Shown here one piece after another: positions 24,152 to 33,756 of a stretch of 64,000 bases of DNA. How positions within the stretch are numbered: position 1 is the first letter of the stretch; the number at the start of each line of letters is the position of its first letter. The DNA is taken from NCBI GenBank assembly GCA_038236705.1, contig JBBRZN010000007.1, positions 8,741-72,740 on the forward strand, given 5' to 3'. Under the pieces are notes generated by a model. That model did not search any database. It saw only the letters and a program-made list of their open reading frames with translations, and had not been told where the DNA came from. The translations under genes and the position numbers were made by a program. The DNA is from Gaiellales bacterium. Its GTDB lineage: Bacteria > Actinomycetota > Thermoleophilia > Gaiellales > Gaiellaceae.

Positions 24152-25070
24152 GTCTAGGATACGAGCCTTGCGGGCGATCGTCACAGGGGGCGCGGGGTTC
24201 ATCGGCTCGCATGTCGTCGAGGCGTTGCTCGCGCGCGGCGACGAGGTGGTCGCGCTCGACGATCTCTCGAACGGCAAGCGCGAGAACGTGCCCGAGGGCG
24301 CGCGGCTCGTCGTGGCCGACATCCGCGAGCCGTTGGACAAGGATTTCGACGACGTGCGTCCCGAGGTCTGCTTCCACCTCGGCGCACAGGTAGACGTGCG
24401 CGTGTCGGTCGAGCGACCGGCGCTCGACGCCGGCGTGAACGTCGTGGGCACGATCCGCGTGCTCGAGGCCGCACGGCGCCACGACACGCAGGTGGTCTTC
24501 AGCTCCACCGGCGGCGCGATCTACGGCGAGTGCGACGGGCCCGCCCCGGAGGACGCGGAGCGCCGGCCGCTCGCGCCCTACGGCGTCTCGAAGCTCGCGG
24601 GCGAGGAGTACCTGGCCGCCTACAACCGGCTCTACGGCACGCGTCACGTGTCGCTGCGCTTCGGCAACGTCTACGGGCCGAGGCAGGACCCACACGGCGA
24701 GGCGGGCGTGGTGGCGATCTTCTTCGGGAAGCTCGCGGCGAGAGAGCCGCCGAAGATCTTCGGCGACGGGAGCCAGACGCGCGACTACGTCTACGCGGGC
24801 GACGTGGCGCGGGCGACGCTGGCCGCGGCCGGGCAGGACGGCGGCGTGTTCAACGTCGGCACCGGCCAGGAGACCTCGGTGCTCGAGCTGTATGAGCTCT
24901 GCCGGCGCGTGGCCGGCGCCGAACTCGAGCCCGAGCAGGCGCCCGCGCGCCTCGGGGAGCTTCAGCGCAGCGTGCTCGACGTCTCGCGCGCGGAGCGGGA
25001 GCTCGGCTGGCGGCCGGAAATGCGGCTCGAAGAAGGTCTCCGGCAAACCTGGGAGTCGATCTCGAGCTAG
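24150..25070 (+). CDS. NAD-dependent epimerase/dehydratase (UDP-glucose 4-epimerase-like)
   Basis: [17 protein letters not shown] and YGVSKLAGE (YxxxK). ATG at 24150, sharing the CATG with the tmk start. TTG at 24168 would give the more typical MRAIVTGG. Confidence 0.85.
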   Translation: MSRIRALRAIVTGGAGFIGSHVVEALLARGDEVVALDDLSNGKRENVPEGARLVVADIREPLDKDFDDVRPEVCFHLGAQVDVRVSVERPALDAGVNVVGTIRVLEAARRHDTQVVFSSTGGAIYGECDGPAPEDAERRPLAPYGVSKLAGEEYLAAYNRLYGTRHVSLRFGNVYGPRQDPHGEAGVVAIFFGKLAAREPPKIFGDGSQTRDYVYAGDVARATLAAAGQDGGVFNVGTGQETSVLELYELCRRVAGAELEPEQAPARLGELQRSVLDVSRAERELGWRPEMRLEEGLRQTWESISS

Positions 25071-25109
25071 AAGGAGCTGCCGCGGTGACGGCGAATCGAA
25101 CGATCCGCC

Positions 25110-25598
25110 GTGGAGCACGCTCTTACCACCCAATCAGGCCATCCCTGGCGCACGATCGCGGTCGTGGCCGCTGGGATCGCCACGCTCGAGCTGTTCGGGC
25201 TCGTCATCGTCGGCGTGACGCTGATCGCCAAGCCCGTGATGCATCGCGCGCAGGCCGAAGCCTCTGCCGCGCCGGCGAAGCACCAGCAGACGGGAACCCC
25301 GAAACGGCCCCTCCTTCCGCGCGGCTCGATCTCCGTCACCGTCCTGAACGGCAACGGCCTTGCGGGAGCCGCGGCGGCGCAGGCCTCGCGTGTGCGCGCG
25401 CGTGGATATGTCGTGGGTGAGGTCGGCAACGCGCCCCGGACGGGCTACGGCCGAAGTGTCGTCATGTACCGGATTGGCCGCCGCCCGGAGGCTCTGCGCC
25501 TCGCGCGCGACCTGCAGATCCGCCTCGTCTCACCGCTGGACGGCCTGCGTCCGCGCGACCTGCTCGGCGCCCAGCTCGCGGTCGTCGTCGGCGGCTAG
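25110..25598 (+). CDS. LytR C-terminal (LytR_C) domain membrane-anchored protein
   Basis: One TM (IAVVAAGIATLELFGLVIVGVTLI), then ISVTVLNGNGLAGAAAAQASRVRARGYVVGEVGNA, typical of LytR_C. Confidence 0.7.
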   Translation: MEHALTTQSGHPWRTIAVVAAGIATLELFGLVIVGVTLIAKPVMHRAQAEASAAPAKHQQTGTPKRPLLPRGSISVTVLNGNGLAGAAAAQASRVRARGYVVGEVGNAPRTGYGRSVVMYRIGRRPEALRLARDLQIRLVSPLDGLRPRDLLGAQLAVVVGG

Positions 25599-25606
25599 CG
25601 CGGGTT

Positions 25607-25632
25607 CCGACACGGTGTCTGACACCGTTCGG
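25607..25632. repeat. palindromic element CCGACACGGTGTC-T-GACACCGTTCGG (copy i)
   Basis: Near-perfect 12-bp arms read directly. The 21-nt core ACGGTGTCTGACACCGTTC is shared with 42572-42592 except for the central base. Confidence 0.7.
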
Positions 25633-25709
25633 TCCCGAGCCGGCGGTGGGAATTCCCTGCAATCCGCCGGGCGGTGACACTCTCGTCACGTTCTCGTGAC
25701 GCTTTCGAG

Positions 25710-25726
25710 CTGGTGTCTGACACCGG
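25710..25726. repeat. palindromic element CTGGTGTC-T-GACACCGG (copy ii)
   Basis: Read directly, 25 nt upstream of the methyltransferase start. Confidence 0.6.
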
Positions 25727-25750
25727 GGCTTCGGGGCCTATGATCTGGCC

Positions 25751-26476
25751 GTGGCCGGGGATGAGCGCAAGCAGGCGGAGATCGACTACCCCCAGGCCGT
25801 CGGCGAGGAGGGCCGCGACTGGATCCGCGGCAAGCCGTTCGGGAACGACCCGCGCGAGTCGGCCCGTTTCCTGATCGACTTCGGCTACGTCCTCCAGCTG
25901 CTCGACCTCCACGCCGGCACGAGCCTCGTCGAGCTCGGCTGCGGCTCCGGCTGGATGAGCCGCTTCGCCGCCCGCCACGGAGTCCATGCGGAGGGCTACG
26001 ACATCTCGCCCGAGATGATCGAGATCGCGCGCGAGCAGGCGGCCGCCGAGAACCTCGACGTGCGCTTCGAGGCAGCCGACATGGAGCAGCTCGACCTCGG
26101 CCGCCGCTTCGACGCCTGCCTGCTCTACGACGCCCTCCACCACAGCCGGCGTGCCGACCTCGTCCTCGCCAGCGCCCACCGAGCCCTCAAGCCCGGCGGC
26201 CGCCTGCTGCTCGCCGAGCCCAACTGGAAGCAGCGCTTCCAGGGGCGCGACGCCTCCGCGGAGTACGGCGTCAGCGAGCTCGGCTACAGCCCGCGCAAGC
26301 TCAAGAAGCTCCTACGCGAGGCCGGCTTCACCGACATCCGCCGCTTCCACAACAACCGCAAGCGCCTCTTCTCGAACTCCCCGCGCGAAACCGCCGCCCA
26401 CCTCGCCGAGCCGTTCGTCTACCGGTTGCTCGCGCCTTTCTGGACGCAGATCTGGCTCAGGGCGCGAGCTTCGTGA
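25751..26476 (+). CDS. class I SAM-dependent methyltransferase
   Basis: LVELGCGSGWMS (motif I) and LKPGGRLLLAEP. 241 aa. Confidence 0.85.
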   Translation: MAGDERKQAEIDYPQAVGEEGRDWIRGKPFGNDPRESARFLIDFGYVLQLLDLHAGTSLVELGCGSGWMSRFAARHGVHAEGYDISPEMIEIAREQAAAENLDVRFEAADMEQLDLGRRFDACLLYDALHHSRRADLVLASAHRALKPGGRLLLAEPNWKQRFQGRDASAEYGVSELGYSPRKLKKLLREAGFTDIRRFHNNRKRLFSNSPRETAAHLAEPFVYRLLAPFWTQIWLRARAS

Positions 26477-28379
26477 CCGCCGCGAGCTCCTCCTGAGCCT
26501 GTGAGCCCTGCGGGTCGAGCTCGACCGCGCGCTTCAGCGCCGGGATCGCGCGACCGTAGTCCTGCTGGCCCTGCTCGAACTTGCCGAGGTAGTACCACGC
26601 ACGCCAGTTGAGCGGCTGGAGCTTCACCCCGTCGATATAGAGCTGCCGCGCTCCCTGGAAGTCGCCGAGCTGCACGAGTGCCGCCGCCTGCCAGAACAGC
26701 GGGTCGAGCGCGAGCGGGTTCAGCGACCGCGCGTCCCGGGCGTCGCGGTACGCCTGCTGCGGCCGCCCGTCGGCGAGCGCCGAGATCGCGGCTTCGGTGT
26801 CCCGCTTGGCAAACCACGGCGTGAGCAGCGAAAGCGCGATCGCCACGGCCGCCACCACCGGCAACGGCGCCAGCCACGGCCGCGACTCGTCCCGCACCAC
26901 GCCGCCGCCCAGCAGCACGCCGACGCTCATGAAGAACGGCGCGCTCACCGCGACGAAGTCCCAGTCGAAGTCCACCAGCGAATGCAGCAGGTACGCGACC
27001 GCGAGCACGGATAACGCCACCGCCGCATCGACCCCCTCCAACCGCCGCACCGCTCGCACCACCCCCAGCGCGGCGGCGGCCAGGAACCCGAGGAACAGCA
27101 GCAGCCCGACGATCCCGGTCTCACTGAGGAACTGCAACGGAACGTTATGCGGCTCGGTCACGACGATGCTGTTCGTCCGCAACAGCCGGTGCGTCAGCTC
27201 GAAGGTGCCGGTGCCGGTCCCGTGCAGCGGCTGCTTCTCGAACGCCTGCCAGGCCTCCTTCCACCAGAGCCAGCGGCTCGACGAGCTCGCGTTGATGATG
27301 CGGCCGGGACCCTCCTGCGCGCCCGCGTTCGTCGGCTGCGCGGCGAACTCCTTGAACCACCCCTGCGGCTTGGACTCGACCGCGAGCACGATCAATCCGG
27401 CCGCCACGCCGACCACCAACACGGCGAGCGCCGCCTGACCCACGAGCAGCCGGCGCCGGTCGCTCAGCGGACGCCGCTCCTCCACGAGCGAGCCCAGGTA
27501 CGCGAGCGCCCCCACGGCCAGGGCCGCCAACAGGAACACGACCGCGAACCACGCGCCGTCGTGCGCGCGGACCGACGACGCCTGCCCGTCCTCCGCCAAC
27601 CCCGGCCGCGAGAACGCCCAAACGGCCACGCCCAGCGCCGCACCGCCGCCGAGCAGCAGCGCCGCCGCGCTCTCCACCCGCGGCCGGCCGAGCACGAGCC
27701 AGAGCACGATCGCGACGCCACCGGCGAGCACCCCACCGCGCGAGTAGGTGAGCAGCAGGCCCACCACGAGCGCGTAGGCGTAGACGACCCCGAGCGCCCG
27801 GAGCCAGTGCGCGTGCTCCCGGCGGACCGCGAGCCACAGCGCCAGCGGCAGCGCCATCGCGAAGAGCAGCGCAAGCGCGTTCCAGTACCCGAGCGGCGCG
27901 CTCAGCCGCGCGACCCGCCCAGTGTCCGACCCGATCGCGGGCACCGCCTTCGTCAGCAAGGCCCAGCCGAGCGGCAAGGCGAGCGCCACAGCGAGCACGT
28001 ATGCCCAGGCGCTCGCCGCCCGCGGCACGAACGAACCCACCGCAACCCCCACCGCCGCGAGCGCCAGGTACACGAGCCCGCGGTTGAAGTAGTCCCACGA
28101 GCGGGCGAGCTCGATCGACCAGAGCACCGAGACCCCGTTCCAGGCGACGAAGGCCACCAGCAGCGACAGCGCCACCGCCGCCTCCCGCGAAAGCGCCGGG
28201 CGCGGCAGCCCGAGGAACGCGCAGGCTCCCACGACGGCCGCCACCACAACCGCGGCGAGCCCGACCCAGACGAGGCGTCCGTTCGACGAGCCCGCCGAGA
28301 ACAGTGTCGAGACCGCTACGAGGAGGCCTCCGGCACCGAGCAGCGATGGCGCCGCCCAGCGATCGAAAGCCCTGCGCAT
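26457..28379 (-). CDS. O-antigen ligase (Wzy_C) family membrane protein with C-terminal TPR repeats
   Basis: About 12 TM segments, LLTYSRGGVLAGGVAIVLW (Wzy_C-like) and a C-terminal TPR-like region (..QQAYRDARDARSLNP..RAWYYLGKFEQGQQDYGRAIPALKRAVELDP). Confidence 0.8.
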   Translation of the reverse strand: MRRAFDRWAAPSLLGAGGLLVAVSTLFSAGSSNGRLVWVGLAAVVVAAVVGACAFLGLPRPALSREAAVALSLLVAFVAWNGVSVLWSIELARSWDYFNRGLVYLALAAVGVAVGSFVPRAASAWAYVLAVALALPLGWALLTKAVPAIGSDTGRVARLSAPLGYWNALALLFAMALPLALWLAVRREHAHWLRALGVVYAYALVVGLLLTYSRGGVLAGGVAIVLWLVLGRPRVESAAALLLGGGAALGVAVWAFSRPGLAEDGQASSVRAHDGAWFAVVFLLAALAVGALAYLGSLVEERRPLSDRRRLLVGQAALAVLVVGVAAGLIVLAVESKPQGWFKEFAAQPTNAGAQEGPGRIINASSSSRWLWWKEAWQAFEKQPLHGTGTGTFELTHRLLRTNSIVVTEPHNVPLQFLSETGIVGLLLFLGFLAAAALGVVRAVRRLEGVDAAVALSVLAVAYLLHSLVDFDWDFVAVSAPFFMSVGVLLGGGVVRDESRPWLAPLPVVAAVAIALSLLTPWFAKRDTEAAISALADGRPQQAYRDARDARSLNPLALDPLFWQAAALVQLGDFQGARQLYIDGVKLQPLNWRAWYYLGKFEQGQQDYGRAIPALKRAVELDPQGSQAQEELAAVTKLAP

Positions 28380-28502
28380 CAGGTGCGGAGGCTAACATCC
28401 ACTCACGCCGAATCTCGTGTTTACAACTTGTTTACGCGACCAACACTCCCGCCACAAGGACGGTCTTCAGACTCCAGTAACGGCCTTAGGCCGAGCCATC
28501 AC

Positions 28503-29039
28503 ATGCGCAACCGTCCCGCCGCCACAATCTCGCTCCTCACCGCTCTCGTAGCAGCCGTTGTCCTGCTCCTGGCCTTGCCGGGGCAGGCGGCCGCCGCGAC
28601 GCCGTGCTGGAAGAGTGTGATGAACGACTGGCTGAAGGACGGCCGCATCGACGGGACCTACTCGGTGAAGTGCTACCAGCAGGCGCTGAAGAACGTGCCG
28701 GAGGACCTGCGCGACTACTCCAACATCACCGACGTGATCCAGGCGGCGATGCAGGACGCCATCAGCAACCCCTCCAAGACGGGAACCGGCAACGGCCCGG
28801 GAGAAACCCCGGGCGGCCCCGCGAACGGTAAGCCCCGCACGACCCAGGGCGTCCCTCCGGCCTCGTACTACCGCCGGGGTATCGACAGCCTCGGCACGAC
28901 CAAGGCAGACTCGCTGCCGATCCCTCTCCTGGTCCTCGCCGGCCTCGGCAGCCTCTTGCTCCTGACCGCCGGCGGCCTCGCCGGCGCCAAGCGCTTCAGG
29001 GCCGTCCGCGGCCGCCCGAAGCCGCCACCAGAAGCCTAA
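28503..29039 (+). CDS. secreted, C-terminally membrane-anchored hypothetical protein
   Basis: ATG at 28503. Signal peptide ISLLTALVAAVVLLLALPGQAAAA and C-terminal TM PLLVLAGLGSLLLLTAGGLAGA followed by basic residues. The rest of ORF 27147..29039 is shadow of the ligase gene. Confidence 0.6.
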   Translation: MRNRPAATISLLTALVAAVVLLLALPGQAAAATPCWKSVMNDWLKDGRIDGTYSVKCYQQALKNVPEDLRDYSNITDVIQAAMQDAISNPSKTGTGNGPGETPGGPANGKPRTTQGVPPASYYRRGIDSLGTTKADSLPIPLLVLAGLGSLLLLTAGGLAGAKRFRAVRGRPKPPPEA

Positions 29040-31501
29040 GAAGCCGCGCCCTTCAGCGCCTCCGAGACCGCCGCCTCGAACGACAGTCGGCGACCGTCCT
29101 CGCATGCGCGCTCGAACTCCGGTCCGTCTGCGGCCAAAACAGGTTCCGCGTACTTCTCCCGCTCGGCCTCCCACTGGCCCACGGGCGCACGCTCCGCCTC
29201 GGCCTCGAGAGCGCCCCAGAGACGCCCCGCGCGGCCAGCCTCGCCACGGACCGCAGCGTTCCGCGCGATGTGCGCCAGGGTGAAGATCAGCGACTGCCTG
29301 TCGTCGATCTGCCTCGCCAGCTCCAGCGCACGGCGGTCCTTCCTCTCCGACTCGTCGATCCGGCCGAGCTCGAACTCGCAGTCGGCTCCGTAGGAGACCA
29401 TGCTCAGCTCCCACCAGGTGAAGCCGACCTCCGCGGACATCTCCTCGCTCCTATCGAACAGTTCGAGCGCGCGCTCGAAGTCGCGCGCGTCGTGCGCGAC
29501 GTAGCCGAGCGCGCCGATGGCCTCGGCCTCGCCTCGGGCGGAGCCGAGCTTGCGGAAGAGCGCCAGGCTCTCCTCCAGCTGCTGCTGTGCCCGCTCGCGT
29601 TCCCCGAGCATGAGCGTGTTGATCCCGATCCGGTGGAGAAGCTCCGCGATCCCGGGTTCGTCCTCTGCCGCGCGAAACAGGGCCAGGCTCTCCTCGTTGG
29701 CCCGCTGAGCCTGCTCGAACCTACCGGCCAGGAATGAGCAACCCGCAAAACAGCGGAGCGCGCGGGCGCGAACGATGTCGGAGACACCGCCCGCCCCGAG
29801 CAGCGTCTCGAACCTGCGCATGCCCTCGAACGGATCGGCAATCACCCAGAAATTCTCGAGCGCGATCGCGAGTTGGAGGGCGAGCTCGAGCTCGCCCGCG
29901 GCGGCGAGCCAGTCGATCGCTGCCCGCAGGTTTTCCTGCTCAGGCGGCAGGACGTCGTAGCGGCGGCCGTAGTCATGCTCGGCGGACATGGCAGCTGACT
30001 CCGCTAGCGCGAGAAAGAACTCAGCATGGCCGCGACCGAGCTCGTCCGCCTCGCCGGACTCATCGAGCCGCTCCCGCGCGTACTCGCGGATGGTTGCGAG
30101 CATCGAATAGCGCTCTTCGGCGAAACGCAGGAGGCTCTTGTCGACGAGCGACTGCAGGCCGTCGAGGTCAGCACCTGCGATCTGCTCGGCGGCCTCGAGC
30201 GAGCAGCCGCCTGTAAAGACGGACAGCGCGCGGAAGAGGCGCTGCTCGTCCGACGCGAGCAGGTCGTAGCTCCACCCGATCGTCGCGCGCAGCGTGCGCT
30301 GCCGCTCGGGCGCGTCGCGCGCGCCGCCGATCAGCAGCGGCAAACTCTGCTCCAGCCGCTCGAGGATCTGCGCGGGCGAGAGCGCCTTCACGCGAGCCGC
30401 GGCCAGCTCCAGCGCGAGCGGCAGGTGGTCGAGGCGCCCGCAGATCGCGCGCACCGAGCCGTCGTCCTCGAACCCCGGCCGGACGGCTCGCGCGCGCGAG
30501 AAGAAGAAGCCCACCGCCTCCTGCTCGACGAACGGCGGCACCGGGTACTCCTGCTCGCCCGAGAGGCGGAGCGGCTCGCGGCTCGTCACGAGCAGCCTCA
30601 GCCGCGGGCAGGACGAGAGCAGCGACCCGAGACCAGGCGCCGCCTCGACCACCTGCTCGAGGTTGTCCAGGACCAAGAGCATTCGCCGGCCGCCGATGTG
30701 CTCGGCAAGGTCGTCCTTCGCTCCGATCGTCGAGCCGATCGCCGGCAGGACGAGCTCGGCGTCGTGAACTGCCTGCAGCCCGATCCACCAGACCCCGTGC
30801 TCGTGCTCCTCGACGACCTCCGCGGCAGCCTGCACAGCGAGGCGCGTCTTGCCGGAGCCGCCGGGACCCGTCAGCGTGAGCAGCCGCACACGCTCCTGGC
30901 GCACGAGCCCGAGCAACTCCCCGAGCTCCTTCTCGCGCCCGACGAACGGCGTCGGCTGCACAGGCAGGTTCGACTGGTTCAGCGTCTTGAGCGGCGGGAA
31001 CTCCGCCTCGCCTACCTGGTAGAGCGGCTCGGGCGCCGTCAGATCCTTGAGCCGGTGTGCCCCGAGCGACCGCAGGTCCCCGGCCTCGACAACGAGCTTC
31101 GTCCGCTCGGAAACCAGGATCTGGCCGCCGTGCCCGGCCGAGCAGATGCGAGCCGCCTTGTGCACGTCGACCCCGACGTAGCCCTCGCCGGTCAGCAGCG
31201 GCTCGCCCGTGTGCAGCGCCATCCGCACGCGCACCGACCCCGCCGCCAGCGCTTCCTGCGCCTCGCGGGCCGCCCGCAACGCTTCCTCCGCGTCGGGAAA
31301 CGCGACGAAGAACGCGTCCCCCTGGGTGTCGACCTCGACCCCGCCGTGCGCGGCGAACGCGTCGCGGAGCGCCCGCCGGTGTGAGTCGAGCGACTTCGCG
31401 TAGCCCGCGGGCCCGAGCTCGTGCAGCAGCGCCGTCGATCCCTCGATGTCGGTGAAGAGGAACGTGACGGTGCCGGCCGGAAGCTCGCGCATCGCGTGCA
31501 T
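29036..31501 (-). CDS. adenylate/guanylate cyclase domain - STAND/AAA ATPase - TPR protein (paralogue 2)
   Basis: FLFTDIEGST, TQGDAFFVAF, VDVHKAARI and GPGGSGKTRL. Collinear with 16390..18852 at roughly 55-60% identity by eye. It starts 6 nt after the MMPL stop. Confidence 0.88.
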   Translation of the reverse strand: MHAMRELPAGTVTFLFTDIEGSTALLHELGPAGYAKSLDSHRRALRDAFAAHGGVEVDTQGDAFFVAFPDAEEALRAAREAQEALAAGSVRVRMALHTGEPLLTGEGYVGVDVHKAARICSAGHGGQILVSERTKLVVEAGDLRSLGAHRLKDLTAPEPLYQVGEAEFPPLKTLNQSNLPVQPTPFVGREKELGELLGLVRQERVRLLTLTGPGGSGKTRLAVQAAAEVVEEHEHGVWWIGLQAVHDAELVLPAIGSTIGAKDDLAEHIGGRRMLLVLDNLEQVVEAAPGLGSLLSSCPRLRLLVTSREPLRLSGEQEYPVPPFVEQEAVGFFFSRARAVRPGFEDDGSVRAICGRLDHLPLALELAAARVKALSPAQILERLEQSLPLLIGGARDAPERQRTLRATIGWSYDLLASDEQRLFRALSVFTGGCSLEAAEQIAGADLDGLQSLVDKSLLRFAEERYSMLATIREYARERLDESGEADELGRGHAEFFLALAESAAMSAEHDYGRRYDVLPPEQENLRAAIDWLAAAGELELALQLAIALENFWVIADPFEGMRRFETLLGAGGVSDIVRARALRCFAGCSFLAGRFEQAQRANEESLALFRAAEDEPGIAELLHRIGINTLMLGERERAQQQLEESLALFRKLGSARGEAEAIGALGYVAHDARDFERALELFDRSEEMSAEVGFTWWELSMVSYGADCEFELGRIDESERKDRRALELARQIDDRQSLIFTLAHIARNAAVRGEAGRAGRLWGALEAEAERAPVGQWEAEREKYAEPVLAADGPEFERACEDGRRLSFEAAVSEALKGAAS

Positions 31502-31507
31502 GATCCG

Positions 31508-33700
31508 TCAGCTGCCGGGGCTCGGCACCGGGCTCTGCTCGTCCCGGTTCTCGGCTTCGATCTGGATCCTCGGCAGCCATTCCAGCCAGCGCGGGAAGTA
31601 CCAGTTCCACGAGCCGAGCAGCCGCATCGCCGCGGGCAGGAGCACCGAGCGGATGATGGTGGCGTCGATCAGGAGCGCCACCGCGATCCCGAAGCCCATC
31701 TGCTGGAACATCACGAGGTCGCCCATCGCAAAGCCGCTGAAGACCGCGACGATGATCAGAGCCGCGCCGGTGATCAGCCGCGCGGTCGAAGCGACGGCGT
31801 GGGTGACAGCCTCCGTCGTCGAGCCCGTCTGGTCGTAGCGCTCCTTGATCCGGCTGAGCAGGAACACCTGATAGTCCATCGAGAGACCGAACAGGACCGA
31901 GAACAGGAAGAGCGGCACCCACGCCTCGATCGAGTCGACCTTCTGGAAGCCGAGCAGCCCGCTCCCGATCCCGTGGAGGAAGACGAGGATGACGAGGCCG
32001 TAGGCGGCTCCGACCGAGAGCAGGTTGAGCGCGATCGAGGTGGCCGCGACGACGAGCGAGCGAAAGACGAGCGTCAAGAGCGCGAAGCTCAGACCGAGCA
32101 CGAAGGCGAACACGATCGGCAGCCAGGCGTTCATGGCGTCGATGAAGTCGACGTTGTCGGCGGTGTCACCCCCGACCAGCACGCGTACGTCGGTTCCACG
32201 GAACGCTCGAGGGATCACGACCGAGCGTAGGTGCCGCACCGCATCGAGGGCTCGAGGCCCGGTTCTGTCGCCGCCCACTGCAACGCCGATTGCGGCCACG
32301 TCGCCGCTCGGCTGCGCAACGCGGAGATCGCTACGGCCGAAGACCGGCTCGGCCGCGAGATCCTTGCGCAGCCGAGCGATCGCATTTCGCACGCGCGGCG
32401 ATTTCACGTCGCCGGCCACCGCGATCAAGGCAGGGCTCGCGCTGGCCTGCGGGAAGTCGCGCGCGAGCGCCGCGAACCCTTGCTTGGACTCGAGGCGGTC
32501 GGGCAGCGTGCTGACGCCGCTCGCCCCGAGGGGCAGGCCGAAAACCGGCACGGTCAGAAGGATCAGCAACGCGGCGGAGCCGACCAGGCTGACCACAGGG
32601 CGGCGCATGACCGCCCGCACGACGCCGCCCCAGAAGCGCCCTTCCTGCCCGCCGCCGATGTTTCGTCCAACCCAGGGCAGGCGCAAGGCGTTCACCCGGT
32701 CGCCGAGTAGCCCGAGCAGCGCCGGCAGAAGCGTGAGCGCGGCGAGCACCGAGACGATGCCGACGGCGATCGCCCCGACGGCGAGGCTCTTCATGATGTT
32801 CGAGGGCACGAGCAGCATTCCGGTCAGGGCGATCACGAACACCGTGCCGCTGAACAGCACCGCACGGCTCGCGGTGGCGCCGGCGGCGGCGATCGCGTCG
32901 GGTTCGGCCCGGCCACCGGCACGCTCCTCGCGGTAGCGCGAGACGACGAACAGCGAGTAGTCGATTCCGAGCGCGAGCCCCATCCCGGTGAGCATGTTCA
33001 CGACGAAGACGGAGAGCGTGAACGCCTCGGCCACGAGCGCGCAGAGCCCGAGCGCGACGACGATCGAGACGATCGCCATCAAGAGCGGGACAAGCCCGGC
33101 GACGACGGCGCCGAAGACGAGGAGGAGAACGACGAGCGCGGCAGGCAACCCGATTTGGAGCTCGCCCGACTTGAGGTCGTGCTGTGAGAGCTCGTTGAAG
33201 TCGTGGTCGAGGGTCCCTTCGCCGGTCATCGCGACGCTGAAGCCCTCCCGCCCGTCGTCTTGCTCGACCACGCTCAGGAGCGGATCGACGTCTGCTCGGC
33301 GCTGCACCGCGATCAGGGTCGCGTGGCGGTCTCGGGAGACCTGCGAGGGATCATGCGTCTCGTAGTAGGTCAAGGCGTGGAACACGACCCCGGTCGCCCT
33401 TCCTTGCGCGACGAGCCTCGAGACGAACTCCTTGAAGGCGGGCTCGTCGACCTTTCTCTTCGGTGAGCGGACGAAGATCAGCTCGTCGACCGCGTTCCGG
33501 TCGGGCGGAAAGCGCTCATAGAAGAGGCGCTCTGCTTGGCGGGACTCCGGATTGCCGGTCACGTGCCCGTCTGTGGTCAGGTTCCCCGGCAAGAAGACGA
33601 CCATGAAGACGAGTGCGACGACGATCGCGCCGAGCCAGGCGCCGAATACGCGCCACGGATGGCGGCTTGCCGCGCGAGCGAGGCGCTCGGTCACACCCAT
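31508..33700 (-). CDS. MMPL/RND-superfamily membrane transporter
   Basis: ATG at 33700 (MGVTERLARAASRHPWRVFGAWLGAIVV). It has two 6-TM bundles with large loops and MMPL-type motifs (GLALGIDYSLFVVSRYREE; GLSMDYQVFLLSRIKE). Confidence 0.88.
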   Translation of the reverse strand: MGVTERLARAASRHPWRVFGAWLGAIVVALVFMVVFLPGNLTTDGHVTGNPESRQAERLFYERFPPDRNAVDELIFVRSPKRKVDEPAFKEFVSRLVAQGRATGVVFHALTYYETHDPSQVSRDRHATLIAVQRRADVDPLLSVVEQDDGREGFSVAMTGEGTLDHDFNELSQHDLKSGELQIGLPAALVVLLLVFGAVVAGLVPLLMAIVSIVVALGLCALVAEAFTLSVFVVNMLTGMGLALGIDYSLFVVSRYREERAGGRAEPDAIAAAGATASRAVLFSGTVFVIALTGMLLVPSNIMKSLAVGAIAVGIVSVLAALTLLPALLGLLGDRVNALRLPWVGRNIGGGQEGRFWGGVVRAVMRRPVVSLVGSAALLILLTVPVFGLPLGASGVSTLPDRLESKQGFAALARDFPQASASPALIAVAGDVKSPRVRNAIARLRKDLAAEPVFGRSDLRVAQPSGDVAAIGVAVGGDRTGPRALDAVRHLRSVVIPRAFRGTDVRVLVGGDTADNVDFIDAMNAWLPIVFAFVLGLSFALLTLVFRSLVVAATSIALNLLSVGAAYGLVILVFLHGIGSGLLGFQKVDSIEAWVPLFLFSVLFGLSMDYQVFLLSRIKERYDQTGSTTEAVTHAVASTARLITGAALIIVAVFSGFAMGDLVMFQQMGFGIAVALLIDATIIRSVLLPAAMRLLGSWNWYFPRWLEWLPRIQIEAENRDEQSPVPSPGS

Positions 33701-33756
33701 CCCGGAGCCAGTATGCCCCTCGTCGGCCGGCCTGAGAAGACCCCCGGGAGCGACCC

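Noticed and set aside
24149-24152. Divergent tmk and epimerase start codons sharing the palindrome CATG.
   Set aside because: This is probably an artefact of choosing the longest ORF for the epimerase. TTG at 24168 gives the typical [15 protein letters not shown]-terminus and a normal short divergent spacer.
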